From Leptospirales bacterium (GTDB lineage Bacteria > Spirochaetota > Leptospiria > Turneriellales > JAOUFE01), in NCBI GenBank assembly GCA_040326155.1, contig JBEQLE010000013.1:1-64000 (forward strand): a DNA stretch of 64,000 nucleotides, in the 5' to 3' direction. A program made the translations under genes and the position numbers. Positions 40,698-50,122 of the stretch are shown piece after piece. Under the pieces are notes generated by a model that was not told the DNA's origin, did not search any database, and worked only from the letters and a program-made list of their open reading frames with translations. Positions within the stretch are counted from its first letter, which is position 1. Every line of letters starts with the position of its first letter.

Positions 40698-40726
40698 ATT
40701 TTATTAACAATGATGAGGTCAGTCAA
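40698..40726 (-). promoter_or_regulatory. sigma70 promoter of the kinase-SiaC-PhcB-sensor operon
   Basis: Minus strand TTGACT-17-TAAAAT, about 60 nt upstream of the SD and ATG at 40630. Confidence 0.65.
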
Positions 40727-41026
40727 CATCTTTTTCAAAATTATTATATAAGTCGTTATATTTATTCGATTTTATTTCTTATTTATAGTTTATCTCTTTT
40801 TAATTCCGTAAATCAAGCATTTGTCATACATTAGTTATAAAAATTTCAATAACATTTGAATATAAGTCCCATCTGAATCTTCCTTCGAGACAAATTACAA
40901 CCGGAAGCGGTGAATCAAGTTGTTTACTTTCGAGCAAATAGGAGCGTCGAAAAGACCTTTCAGATACAGGTTTGCTATGTACTTTTTACTAGACTGCCTG
41001 AAAAAGAGACAATATTCGGAGACTCT

Positions 41027-42346
41027 ATGATTCTCGTTATTTATACAAAGAAGTACAGAAAGGGTAGTTATCAATTTCAGTTAGCCGCAGAAACTCTTAT
41101 GCAGGAAAAGAGGGTCCATTTTCCTGAAGCCGAGATTGTTTGCTGTGGTATCGTTACGAAAAAAGAATTTAAAAATGTCTTTCGCAAATATAAAAAGATT
41201 AGTGAACTTCATTTTTTTGGCCACTCGGGAATGTACGGCCCCATGTTCAGCACGATCTCTTTTCCGGAACAAATGAGCCGAGCCGAATGGAGAGATCTTA
41301 AAATCGATTTTTCACCCGACGCAAGAGCATATTTTCTATGTTGCCGAAGCGCCAGGTGGTTTGCTCCCTTTTTTGCACATCATTACAGGGTTACTGCGTT
41401 TGGAGTCTACTGGTATACTACTGTAAGTTCTAACAAAACCCGTTTTAAATGGGCAATGGGAAGGAGAAAAAACGAAAAGCCTCTTTATATAGTAGGTTGT
41501 CCGGGAAAAAAATCGCACGGGATGATCGGGTCCCTGTTAAAATATTCAGGATTTGCAAAGGCCGAAAAACTTAAAGAATTTGCAGCCCGTCCTGCCGAAG
41601 AAGAATCGTACAATAAAGTTGCTGCCGTATATAATGAAGTATTTTCCGATATAAATGTTCGTCGAGATGAAATGAATTGGATACATTCTGTCTGGCCAAA
41701 AGGTTCGAACCTCTCTATTTTAGATGTTGGTTGTGGAAACGGGGCATTATTAAAGGAGCTTTCGGGAAAAATAAAACAGGGAATCGGCGTCGATAACTCT
41801 TCCACCATGATCAAATTTGCAAAACTGAATAACATTCACAATAAAAATATAAATTTTGAGCAAATTACCGAACCAAAGCTTAAATTCAAGGACAACTCGT
41901 TCGATTTGGTTATTTCACTGCTTTCCTTTCGATACCTGGACTGGGACCCTGTAATTCATGAAATTCTTCGTGTTTTAAAGGAGGGGGGGTCGATTATTAT
42001 AATCGATATGGTTGCTAAACCAGTGGCTTTTTCCGAGTATGCTCAATTTATTCTATCTAAAACTAAAACTATTCTTTATCAAATGAAAAATCGTCGCTTT
42101 TCAAACGCTTTACAAAAGATGGTTCACAGTAAAGAGTGGAGGCAAATGGTACAATACAACCCCATTCGAGATGAACACGAGATATTATGGTATTTAACCA
42201 GTCGGTTTCCCGATGTTACAATAAAAAAATTGAATATTGGCTGGAATGCAAGAACAATCGGGTTTTCTACTGGTCCTCTTAAAAAGCAAAAAGTGATAAA
42301 CCATATAAAGGTATTGCCAGAAATGACGCAGCAATCGCCGGAATAA
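41027..42346 (+). CDS. Two-domain protein: unknown N-terminal domain (His/Cys motifs) + class I SAM methyltransferase
   Basis: C-terminal ILDVGCGNG, GVDNS, FKDNSFDLVIS and RVLKEGG. N-terminal FFGHSG and FLCCRS. ATG at 41027 follows GGAG. Confidence 0.8.
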   Translation: MILVIYTKKYRKGSYQFQLAAETLMQEKRVHFPEAEIVCCGIVTKKEFKNVFRKYKKISELHFFGHSGMYGPMFSTISFPEQMSRAEWRDLKIDFSPDARAYFLCCRSARWFAPFFAHHYRVTAFGVYWYTTVSSNKTRFKWAMGRRKNEKPLYIVGCPGKKSHGMIGSLLKYSGFAKAEKLKEFAARPAEEESYNKVAAVYNEVFSDINVRRDEMNWIHSVWPKGSNLSILDVGCGNGALLKELSGKIKQGIGVDNSSTMIKFAKLNNIHNKNINFEQITEPKLKFKDNSFDLVISLLSFRYLDWDPVIHEILRVLKEGGSIIIIDMVAKPVAFSEYAQFILSKTKTILYQMKNRRFSNALQKMVHSKEWRQMVQYNPIRDEHEILWYLTSRFPDVTIKKLNIGWNARTIGFSTGPLKKQKVINHIKVLPEMTQQSPE

Positions 42347-42377
42347 AAGCCTGCATTCAATGGCTAAATAGAATTTT

Positions 42378-43241
42378 ATGAAAAATTTAAATACAGATAA
42401 AAAACTTGGCATTCTGGACTGGGGAATTGGCGGTCTGGGTTTTTATCGTTTGTTGAAAAAGTCCAGACCTGAAGTTCCCGTTCTCTATTTTTCCGATGCC
42501 GGTGCCACTCCGTATGGAAAAATGGAGAAAAGCAGCTTAATTCACCGAATAGAAAAAATACTGAGTTATATGATTGCTGAGCGGTGTGACAGAATTTGCA
42601 TTGCCTGTCATTCTGCGTCGATTGCTATGCCTTTTATTCAAAATATAGGCGTTCCGGTTACTAACGTCATGCAGCACACTATACAATTGCTGCAAAATTT
42701 GCCACCTTCCCTGATTCTTGGCGGACGCGGCACGATTTTATCCGGGATGTATAATTTGGAGGGTCGTAATGACCTATTACGTATTGCGCAACCACTTTCG
42801 GCTTTTGTGGAATCCGGAGATCTCGATTCTAAAGAACTTATACGGCAGATCAAGAAGATCGTTTCCTTCCCCGAAGGGGAGAAAATTAAGAATATCCAAA
42901 ATATTGTTTTAGCTTGTACCCATTATGTTGCGTTGTCTTCGCAAATTTCTGCCATAGTCGGTCTAGAATATGCTATAATTGACCCGGTTGAGTTTATGTT
43001 GACATGGGTTGAAAAAAACTGGAATCTTCAGTACTCTGTTCGCCAGAATGTTCTACCGGACATTTTTCTTACTACGGGTTCCAGAGATTCTTTTATTGAA
43101 TCGAGCAAAGTTGCGTTTGATCTGATTGTAGACCCGGATTCGGTTATTCATGTAGATGAGGCGGTCTTTGCATCTCAGGATTCTTCCAGGAACCAACAAG
43201 AAAATAGTTCTTTCGATAATATTGCCAATACTCTTCGGTGA
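42378..43241 (+). CDS. Divergent Asp/Glu racemase (MurI-like)
   Basis: DWGIGG, PYG, ACHSAS and LACTHY, with both catalytic Cys present. Confidence 0.85.
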   Translation: MKNLNTDKKLGILDWGIGGLGFYRLLKKSRPEVPVLYFSDAGATPYGKMEKSSLIHRIEKILSYMIAERCDRICIACHSASIAMPFIQNIGVPVTNVMQHTIQLLQNLPPSLILGGRGTILSGMYNLEGRNDLLRIAQPLSAFVESGDLDSKELIRQIKKIVSFPEGEKIKNIQNIVLACTHYVALSSQISAIVGLEYAIIDPVEFMLTWVEKNWNLQYSVRQNVLPDIFLTTGSRDSFIESSKVAFDLIVDPDSVIHVDEAVFASQDSSRNQQENSSFDNIANTLR

Positions 43242-44595
43242 CAAGATAATACTCTTCATTTAGTTTTAACAGAGCTTTCGTTGCGAAGAGCTTCCTGTTA
43301 TGTTTATCCATTACTCTGTTCGGCACAAAAGCAATTCTAAATTTTTGCTGTTGCTCGTCTGCGCTTTTCCATTGCCTGGCTCGAATTCCCGTAATGTAAT
43401 TTACATAGTACTCCAGACCATGGTGGGCAATTAAATGGTCTTTATGGGAAACATGCTGTGATATTTTTTCTATATTGCTCAACTGTTTCCAGTCTAAAAA
43501 ATTCAATTGAATTCGGCCGACCTCAAGTAAAAAAAAACCGGTAAATACAACCAGTAAACCTGGAAGTGTAAGGCGAAAATATTTTATCTTCGTTTTTGTA
43601 GTTTGCACAAAAAGTACCAGGGTGGGTAAAATAAAGAGAGGGGTTAGTACCAGGAAGCGAAAAGAGGTTTCATTGTATCCGAATTTCTGAAAAGGGAATG
43701 TCGTAATTCCAAGAAAAAGCATTACCGCGAATGTATAGGTTTTATACTCGGTGGGTATCTTATTTCTTACGAAAAAATAAACAAGGATGATGGTAACACA
43801 AAGCAAATAAATAACTATTACAAATTTGTCATGTCGCAACGAATTTCCAAACCAGTTCAAAAAATTCGTTTGAAAATGGAACGTTTTGATAATCTCCAAT
43901 AAATAAGCGGACCCTCTGGCAAAAACTAAAAAAAACAGGGCAAGCAACCCTGCCAATACCGCGATTAGTTGCATGAACCTCTTTATGGAAAATTGATGTA
44001 ATACATAAGATATTAAAAAAAGAGTTAAAAGCGCAAAAACTGATTTGTGAGAAAACATTGCAAGTACAACCAGGAAGATAGACAGATAAACAGATTTTTT
44101 ACTTTGTTGCGACCCTTCTATAGATTGAAAGTAAAAACAAATTGCCCACAAAAGCAGGGTAATGGCGAACAGGTTTTTATAGTATGTAAACGCAAAATGG
44201 TGAAAAGGCAAAGTGAGCCATACCATTACCACGACGGTAAGGGGGTAATATATTATTTTATTTCGACTTTCGGACCCGCCGGTAGCAATTACAATAAAAT
44301 GAATAGATATAAAAAGGGCGGTGAGGGTGAATGCATAACATAGTGAAGTAGATAACTGCAATATAAAAATAGACTGGGTTGGAAAAATAAAAGTTAAAAA
44401 AGCGGGCGGGAAAAATGCGAGTGAGTGGTCCTGGAAATAAAATTGACCCGTTTGCGCAATCGTTTCAATCTGCTTCAGGTAATAATATCCGTCAATACCT
44501 GTTGGTGAGTCACCGGAAAGTGTGAGTGTTAAAACCAGGTGTAATAAAAAGGTAAACCCGAATACAGTATATCGGGCCGCCTTTATTGAAAACAT
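43144..44595 (-). CDS. Polytopic membrane protein, possibly GT-C-like
   Basis: About 10-12 TM helices, GIDGYYY in the first loop and a soluble C-terminal domain. Confidence 0.6.
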   Translation of the reverse strand: MFSIKAARYTVFGFTFLLHLVLTLTLSGDSPTGIDGYYYLKQIETIAQTGQFYFQDHSLAFFPPAFLTFIFPTQSIFILQLSTSLCYAFTLTALFISIHFIVIATGGSESRNKIIYYPLTVVVMVWLTLPFHHFAFTYYKNLFAITLLLWAICFYFQSIEGSQQSKKSVYLSIFLVVLAMFSHKSVFALLTLFLISYVLHQFSIKRFMQLIAVLAGLLALFFLVFARGSAYLLEIIKTFHFQTNFLNWFGNSLRHDKFVIVIYLLCVTIILVYFFVRNKIPTEYKTYTFAVMLFLGITTFPFQKFGYNETSFRFLVLTPLFILPTLVLFVQTTKTKIKYFRLTLPGLLVVFTGFFLLEVGRIQLNFLDWKQLSNIEKISQHVSHKDHLIAHHGLEYYVNYITGIRARQWKSADEQQQKFRIAFVPNRVMDKHNRKLFATKALLKLNEEYYLVTEEYWQYYRKNYFLVGSWKNPEMQRPPHLHE

Positions 44596-45254
44596 TTTCG
44601 TGAGGAGATTAAGAAATACAATTGTCTCCAGCTGTCCTGACTGGCTTTTTTGACTTCGATTATTCCGTGTGCAATTCTCCATGTTCCGTCAAACTCATAT
44701 ACCTCCTCTTCTCCGTAAAACAAAATGACTTCGGTGTATTTGAGCGTATGGTCTTTAAAAAATTCTATTTTGTGCTGAGATTTTTCGTCAGTTCTAGACT
44801 CAAAATAATTGCATGTTTTGGCTGCGATCACCATGGCGTCCGTATAGGAAACATTTTCGGTTTCTTTTATTTGCACTAGTCGTACATTGATTTTATCGAT
44901 CGGCGTCAACATGCTGTCACTGAATTTGGCCGGTTTATACCATGCTCTTGAAAAAAAATAATTTCGTATGGATTTTGTTTTGAATTCTCTGCCATATTGT
45001 GCATAAATTGAATTTCGGTACAGGCTCAATTCTACGGCATTCTTATTTTTAAGTATAGTCGTGTTCATATGTTGGTTTAGTGTAATTCGGTAGTCGGGAA
45101 GTTTTTTTAATTTTTCAGCGCTCTGAGTTTCAAGATACTCTTTTGTCAGGCGTTTTTCTCCCGCCACCAGGCATGCTGAAATAGTTATAAAAATTACAAA
45201 TACAATAAAAGGATTTTTCTTTTTTTGAGTCTTCATGGGAATATTGTTTTTCAT
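44583..45254 (-). CDS. YARHG-domain exported protein
   Basis: RNSIYAQYGREFK...YF...WYKP...LTPIDKINV, with an N-terminal signal or TM segment. Confidence 0.85.
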   Translation of the reverse strand: MKNNIPMKTQKKKNPFIVFVIFITISACLVAGEKRLTKEYLETQSAEKLKKLPDYRITLNQHMNTTILKNKNAVELSLYRNSIYAQYGREFKTKSIRNYFFSRAWYKPAKFSDSMLTPIDKINVRLVQIKETENVSYTDAMVIAAKTCNYFESRTDEKSQHKIEFFKDHTLKYTEVILFYGEEEVYEFDGTWRIAHGIIEVKKASQDSWRQLYFLISSRKCFQ

Positions 45255-45313
45255 GGACTATCAATGTCAATTTATATTTATATTTTTCTCGTTCTGGGAA
45301 TACTGATGTTTAT

Positions 45314-46030
45314 TTAGTTTCCCGGGGGACCGTACAGATGAAGATCTTTTATCGCTTCTCTGATCTTTTTTAAACTTGCAAAATCTGGATCGGTTTTATA
45401 TGTTAAATACGATTCTACTTTCTCAAGCCAGAGCGGATTGTTTGTCTCTTTAAATGCCAGGTATTCCCGATGTCCAATTACATATTGAATGGTGGGATAT
45501 TTATTTTTCAGGTATCGTATTAGTTTTATATTTGCATCGATCTGGTTTTGTGTTAAGAACATTTGATGTTTTGTTCCGCCAATATTTTCGATTCCGATTG
45601 CTGAATAGTTCAACCCTACGACATGTCTGGCAACGAAATCTTCTCGCATCATTTGCACGATTTTGCCGTCACGATCTACAAGGTAGGGTACGCTTACGTT
45701 GGCTTTGCCGTTTTTTTTCAATAACGGTCGTCCATTGTGCATCTGTTCGGTGTCGAAAATTTTCCAACTTGCCGACAACCCTCTGGACGCGGTCCAATGT
45801 ATAATTATTATTTTCGGTTCAAATCGTATGGAGTCGGTCCGTATACCATAGTGTTTCCGTAAATACTCTTTTGTCCATTCCACTCTTCTGTGCGAAAACT
45901 GTATGGGCATTTTTTCAATCCACGGCGGGGGGTCGAATATATCGGGCTTGCCCTCTTGTATCTCCGTTTGCGCAGGCGGCGCACATGCGAACATAAAGAT
46001 TAATAAATATATGTTTGACTGCTTCAACAT
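45314..46030 (-). CDS. N-acetylmuramoyl-L-alanine amidase (Amidase_2), lipoprotein
   Basis: IIHWT, YLVDRDG, ARHVVGLN, IGIEN, IGHREY and KTDP. Leader ends in MFAC. Confidence 0.9.
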   Translation of the reverse strand: MLKQSNIYLLIFMFACAPPAQTEIQEGKPDIFDPPPWIEKMPIQFSHRRVEWTKEYLRKHYGIRTDSIRFEPKIIIIHWTASRGLSASWKIFDTEQMHNGRPLLKKNGKANVSVPYLVDRDGKIVQMMREDFVARHVVGLNYSAIGIENIGGTKHQMFLTQNQIDANIKLIRYLKNKYPTIQYVIGHREYLAFKETNNPLWLEKVESYLTYKTDPDFASLKKIREAIKDLHLYGPPGN

Positions 46031-46241
46031 TTTGTTTCTTCTAGAGAGTGCGGGGCAACATGAAACTGTTGGTCGCTGAGTCAAATAGATTCATGTATCA
46101 TTTTAGCTTAAGAATATGGTCGACGAAGTCGTGGGATTTCCGAAGTATCGCAAACCTGAACAGGGTTTGTTTGTAGCTGTTGGCAAAATATTTTTTTATA
46201 AATAAGTGAAAAAAAAACCGTTTTTCCCCTATTATACAGAT

Positions 46242-46805
46242 ATGATTAATAAAAGTTATGGTTCATATCACAAGTTGGGCGTTTACGTCGATCGAATTCT
46301 GGAAATCAGATTATCACCGGAAACCTGGGAAAAAGTCAAAAAAATTGCTGATGCTAAAAAGTGCAGTTATTCCTGGGTAGTTCGATACTGCGTTTTTCGT
46401 TTAATCAAGCGTAAAAATCCGTTTATGTACATAACGAATCACGTTCTGAAGCAGGGGAAGCGTAAAAAATGGTTGAAATATCAAACGATGAATGAACGGG
46501 CAAAACAGCAGGTAGGCATTGATCATTTGCATCGTCATAAACTTTGTTTGTATGGAACTGACGAATTGTTCATACGTATTACCGCCAACATGATGTATTG
46601 TACCATGTCTCATTTAGTGCGTTTAGCTCTTGAATGGCATTTAGGTGAGCTGGAAAGGTTGTCGAGCGGTAAACCTGGGAAATTTCACCGTCTCGCGTTC
46701 TACTGGCTGGGCATTAAATTGTTCCGTGGTGTTGTTTTACCTACCTTACTACCTGAAAACGTGCGACTTCTGCTGGACAGATTCCAGGAAACTGAATACT
46801 GGTAG
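46242..46805 (+). CDS. Putative tandem ribbon-helix-helix DNA-binding protein (DUF1564-like)
   Basis: IRLSPETWEKVKKIADAKKCSYSWVVR and a second unit KLCLYGTDELFIRITANMMYCTMSHLVRLAL. Confidence 0.55.
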   Translation: MINKSYGSYHKLGVYVDRILEIRLSPETWEKVKKIADAKKCSYSWVVRYCVFRLIKRKNPFMYITNHVLKQGKRKKWLKYQTMNERAKQQVGIDHLHRHKLCLYGTDELFIRITANMMYCTMSHLVRLALEWHLGELERLSSGKPGKFHRLAFYWLGIKLFRGVVLPTLLPENVRLLLDRFQETEYW

Positions 46806-47043
46806 CCGATTTGGCCGAAAACGCGGATTCATACCGCTAAATATTAATAAAAACCGCATCCCGGTGAAAATAACCGGAGCAAAACAATACATTTATTACA
46901 TCTACAAGGTCAAGTGTGTTCAAAACTGAAATACAAATTTCGACCAACCAAAGTATTTATAAAAGGGGAAGCGTAGAACCGGCGGGTCGGAGCGGGGGGA
47001 AAAGGGAGAATCGGAATGGAGAATTTACTTTTTTCCCCTTTAA

Positions 47044-48336
47044 TTACTTAAACCAATACAGTTTTTGAATGGCTGCAAAAATAATCGGCACTAAAAGAGC
47101 AAACAATAGGGAGCCTGTGGCAAAAATCAGCTTATACATTATGCCGGATGACAAAAAGATACTCTCTATTGGCATATTTGCCATTAACCCTGTGACTGAT
47201 AAAATTGTTACAAATATCATTAGTGTAATGTTGAAATAGAATATCAGTTTTAATAACAAACTTTTATTAAAATAATTATTCGACTGGTTTGTAGAAACAT
47301 CTGCTCGTTGAAAATAACCTTCTTTCGTCAGGTAAAATATGGCAGACAAAATAATGAATGTATTTACGCCAATCAAACTGCCCATAGAGTGAGCTACCAC
47401 AAAATATGTACCATGAGTAATGTTATTTATCGAGGGAATGGACATCAACACTCCGGTAACAATCGAAAACAGAGTCCAGTAAACCGAATACATGGCAAAT
47501 GTAATATATATATCGTCAATATTGTTACTCTTTTCTGGAAAACGTTTCAGCCAAAGAGAAGCAATGGCGACCATACTCGCAGTAAAGGCGACCGTTTTCA
47601 AAATAGAAGGTTGGGGTGATGGATAAAAGTGATGACCGAAAGTCAGCAGCAAACCCACCAAAGAGATCATCAACGTGAATTGAAATTTCCAGCTGGAAAC
47701 GGAGTCGGCAAATTGCTTGCGCAATATAAATGATAAAATTCCATAGCCGATTAAATTCACCGAACCAAACAAGGAGTCGATGGCATGCCACTCAATGGCA
47801 ATGTCACGACCAATTGAAATCGATTCGTGGAACAGGTAATAATTTGATTCTATTAATGACGCGGGAAGGAGCAACAGACCAAGCGCAATCATCCAGGTGG
47901 ATTCTGAGAATATATTGTACGCTTTTTTTAGCGAGGCAAAAAACCAGAATACCAGAGATATAAATAATAAAATAAACACAATGGAGACAAACGGTGGCCA
48001 GGCTATATATTCTCGCCCCGTAAAATTTCCTGACATTATGAACCCGGCTGAGGTTAAAAACAACGCTGGAATTATCCAGGAAAATTCAGCTTTCAGGTTG
48101 ACTTTCATGAAAGCCAGAACAGATGCAATGGAACCGTTAATTACCCAGGACAACGCGAACAAAGTATGCAAGGGACGCAAAACCTGAAACGGTAAAAACT
48201 TAAACTCGGGGAAAATTCGGTGGTTAGATAAAAGCAAACCAAGAAATAAAGTAATGAATATACTAAACAAAGCGAATAGAAATAAAATTCTGGCGGCCTC
48301 ACCCGAGATGTTACGTTGAAAATACTTTTTCATCAT
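47044..48336 (-). CDS. Divergent heme-copper oxidase superfamily subunit I (NorB/CcoN-like)
   Basis: About 12 TM helices, with LRPLHT, GREY, GHHFY and VAHSMG. Confidence 0.8.
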   Translation of the reverse strand: MMKKYFQRNISGEAARILFLFALFSIFITLFLGLLLSNHRIFPEFKFLPFQVLRPLHTLFALSWVINGSIASVLAFMKVNLKAEFSWIIPALFLTSAGFIMSGNFTGREYIAWPPFVSIVFILLFISLVFWFFASLKKAYNIFSESTWMIALGLLLLPASLIESNYYLFHESISIGRDIAIEWHAIDSLFGSVNLIGYGILSFILRKQFADSVSSWKFQFTLMISLVGLLLTFGHHFYPSPQPSILKTVAFTASMVAIASLWLKRFPEKSNNIDDIYITFAMYSVYWTLFSIVTGVLMSIPSINNITHGTYFVVAHSMGSLIGVNTFIILSAIFYLTKEGYFQRADVSTNQSNNYFNKSLLLKLIFYFNITLMIFVTILSVTGLMANMPIESIFLSSGIMYKLIFATGSLLFALLVPIIFAAIQKLYWFK

Positions 48337-48713
48337 CTGGAAGTGTTCCTGGAATCGAAGGTGTATTGAAAATATGCGAGAAGTGAATTTACTTCGTCAT
48401 CAGAAAAACGAAAGGCTGGCATTTTACCAGTTCCGTTTAAAATTACCTGTCGAATATAAATATTATCTCTGCGACCGGCTAACTCGGTTAAATCGGGACC
48501 GAGAAAACCCCCGAGACCGTAAATCGAGTGGCATGAAATACAATTGTTTTTAAGCCAGATCTTTCGTCCTGAAATCGCCACCTCATTTATCTCATGTGAC
48601 GAATTTTCAAAATCGGGGATTCCGGATAAGACGAAGAAAACTGTAAAATAGGTAAATATGGAAAATGCAATAATGGCTTTAGTGTAATTATATGTCACCA
48701 ATTTTCCTGTCAA
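48333..48713 (-). CDS. Membrane-anchored monoheme cytochrome c (NorC-like)
   Basis: One TM, CISCH, GGFLGPDLT and distal Met in KMP. Overlaps the subunit I start. Confidence 0.88.
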   Translation of the reverse strand: MTGKLVTYNYTKAIIAFSIFTYFTVFFVLSGIPDFENSSHEINEVAISGRKIWLKNNCISCHSIYGLGGFLGPDLTELAGRRDNIYIRQVILNGTGKMPAFRFSDDEVNSLLAYFQYTFDSRNTSR

Positions 48714-48834
48714 TTTTATATATTAATTTAAAATTCAAAACTACTTTCGGTACAAGTTTACTAAAAACATCATTGTATCGATTTTATATATCAGCGACAA
48801 CGACAACCATTAAACTTAAGTCAAGCTTCGAAAT

Positions 48835-50109
48835 TCACTCGGCCTGAAAATTTCCCAGTACAGTTAATACATAATCGATATCATAAAGTGTATGGTTTGC
48901 GTTTATTTGAAAACGAATTTCCTCATCGCCCTTTGGAACAACTGGAAAGTTTAACCCCGTGGCCAGTATTCCATTTTCAAAAAGATAACGGGAAAGATTG
49001 GCTGTTTTCTCGGTATTGCGAACCATCAAAGGAACAATGGGGTGTTCCCCCGGAATCGTTTCAAAACCCCCTTTTACCAAACCCTCTTGAAAATGGTGAG
49101 TCAAAAGTTTCAACTTTTCAAGCCGGACCAAACCTTCCGGGCTGTCCAGAATTTGAATTGACTTTAGCGAAGCCGCACTTTCGGCAACCGTAATGGGATT
49201 GGTATAAATATACAGAGGTGACGTCTCTTTTAAAAAATCGATAACAACTTTGGATGAAGTTATATAACCCCCATTGACGCCAAACGACTTACCCAGTGTT
49301 GCAATTAATATATCGACCGATGTGCCGGTAAATTCTTCCGTGCCACGCCCGGTTTTCCCAAAAGCTCCAACCCCATGGGAATCGTCCGCTATAGAAATTA
49401 TTCCCTCTTTATAGCTATCACTATGTTTATTGCATAGACTGACAATTTCATTCAGCGGGGCATAATCACCACGCATACTGAAAATTCCATCCGTTATAAC
49501 CAAAACCCGATGAATAGTTTCTTTCCCTTTTTTTACCGACTTATTGTTCTCTAAAATTTCTTCTAACTGCGACATGTCGAGATGATTGTATATTTCTTTT
49601 TTTGCGGGACGGGCCAAGCGCAGAGCATTAATTATACTATTGTGGTTAAGCGAGTCACTCACAACTAAAGTATGTTGATCGATTAAAGCGGGCAACACTC
49701 CCAAAACGGCGGAGTAAGCCGAACTATAGATCATTGCACTTTCCCTACTGTGAAATTCAGCCAACGCCTGCTCCAGACGAATATGCATATCGTATGTACC
49801 TGAAATGAAGCGAACGCCGCCTGGGCCTGAACCAAATTTGCGCGCCGCTTCCTCTTCGGCTGCAATAACATCTTTATGTAAAGAGAGCCCGAGATAAGAG
49901 TTAGAATTCATCATTAGAAATTTTTTATCTTTATGACCTTTCAGATAGTATCTAGGGCCTTGCGCCTTATCTGATTCTATTTCAGAAAAAGTTGTCAAAT
50001 TACTAAAATCTACTGCGCTTATAATATGCTCTTCACCCTTCGCGGCGCCGTCCTGTCTCAACTGTGCAAGTCTGGCGGATAAAACTTTTGTGAAAGATTC
50101 CATACTCAT
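48835..50109 (-). CDS. kbl: 2-amino-3-ketobutyrate CoA ligase (glycine C-acetyltransferase)
   Basis: NSYLGL, RFISGT, LNHNSII, DGIFSMRG, DDSHG and TLGK (PLP Lys), downstream of tdh. Confidence 0.88.
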   Translation of the reverse strand: MSMESFTKVLSARLAQLRQDGAAKGEEHIISAVDFSNLTTFSEIESDKAQGPRYYLKGHKDKKFLMMNSNSYLGLSLHKDVIAAEEEAARKFGSGPGGVRFISGTYDMHIRLEQALAEFHSRESAMIYSSAYSAVLGVLPALIDQHTLVVSDSLNHNSIINALRLARPAKKEIYNHLDMSQLEEILENNKSVKKGKETIHRVLVITDGIFSMRGDYAPLNEIVSLCNKHSDSYKEGIISIADDSHGVGAFGKTGRGTEEFTGTSVDILIATLGKSFGVNGGYITSSKVVIDFLKETSPLYIYTNPITVAESAASLKSIQILDSPEGLVRLEKLKLLTHHFQEGLVKGGFETIPGEHPIVPLMVRNTEKTANLSRYLFENGILATGLNFPVVPKGDEEIRFQINANHTLYDIDYVLTVLGNFQAE

Positions 50110-50122
50110 TTTCTCACCGTTT

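Noticed and set aside
40631..40738. N-terminal extension of the kinase ORF in the ORF track
   Set aside because: The region contains the promoter and SD, so the ATG at 40630 is better supported.
46150..46180. c-di-GMP-I riboswitch (GCAAACC...)
   Set aside because: Only a CAAACC/GGTTTG hairpin is present. The GAAA tetraloop and the GACGCAAAGC core are missing.
48687..48713. Perfect TTGACA...TATAAT at the cytochrome c 5' end (minus strand)
   Set aside because: The spacer is only 15 nt, and it overlaps the only plausible start codons ahead of the TM anchor.
47044..48713. Canonical norBC or ccoNO call
   Set aside because: Key ligand motifs differ and the accessory genes are absent, so no gene symbol is assigned.
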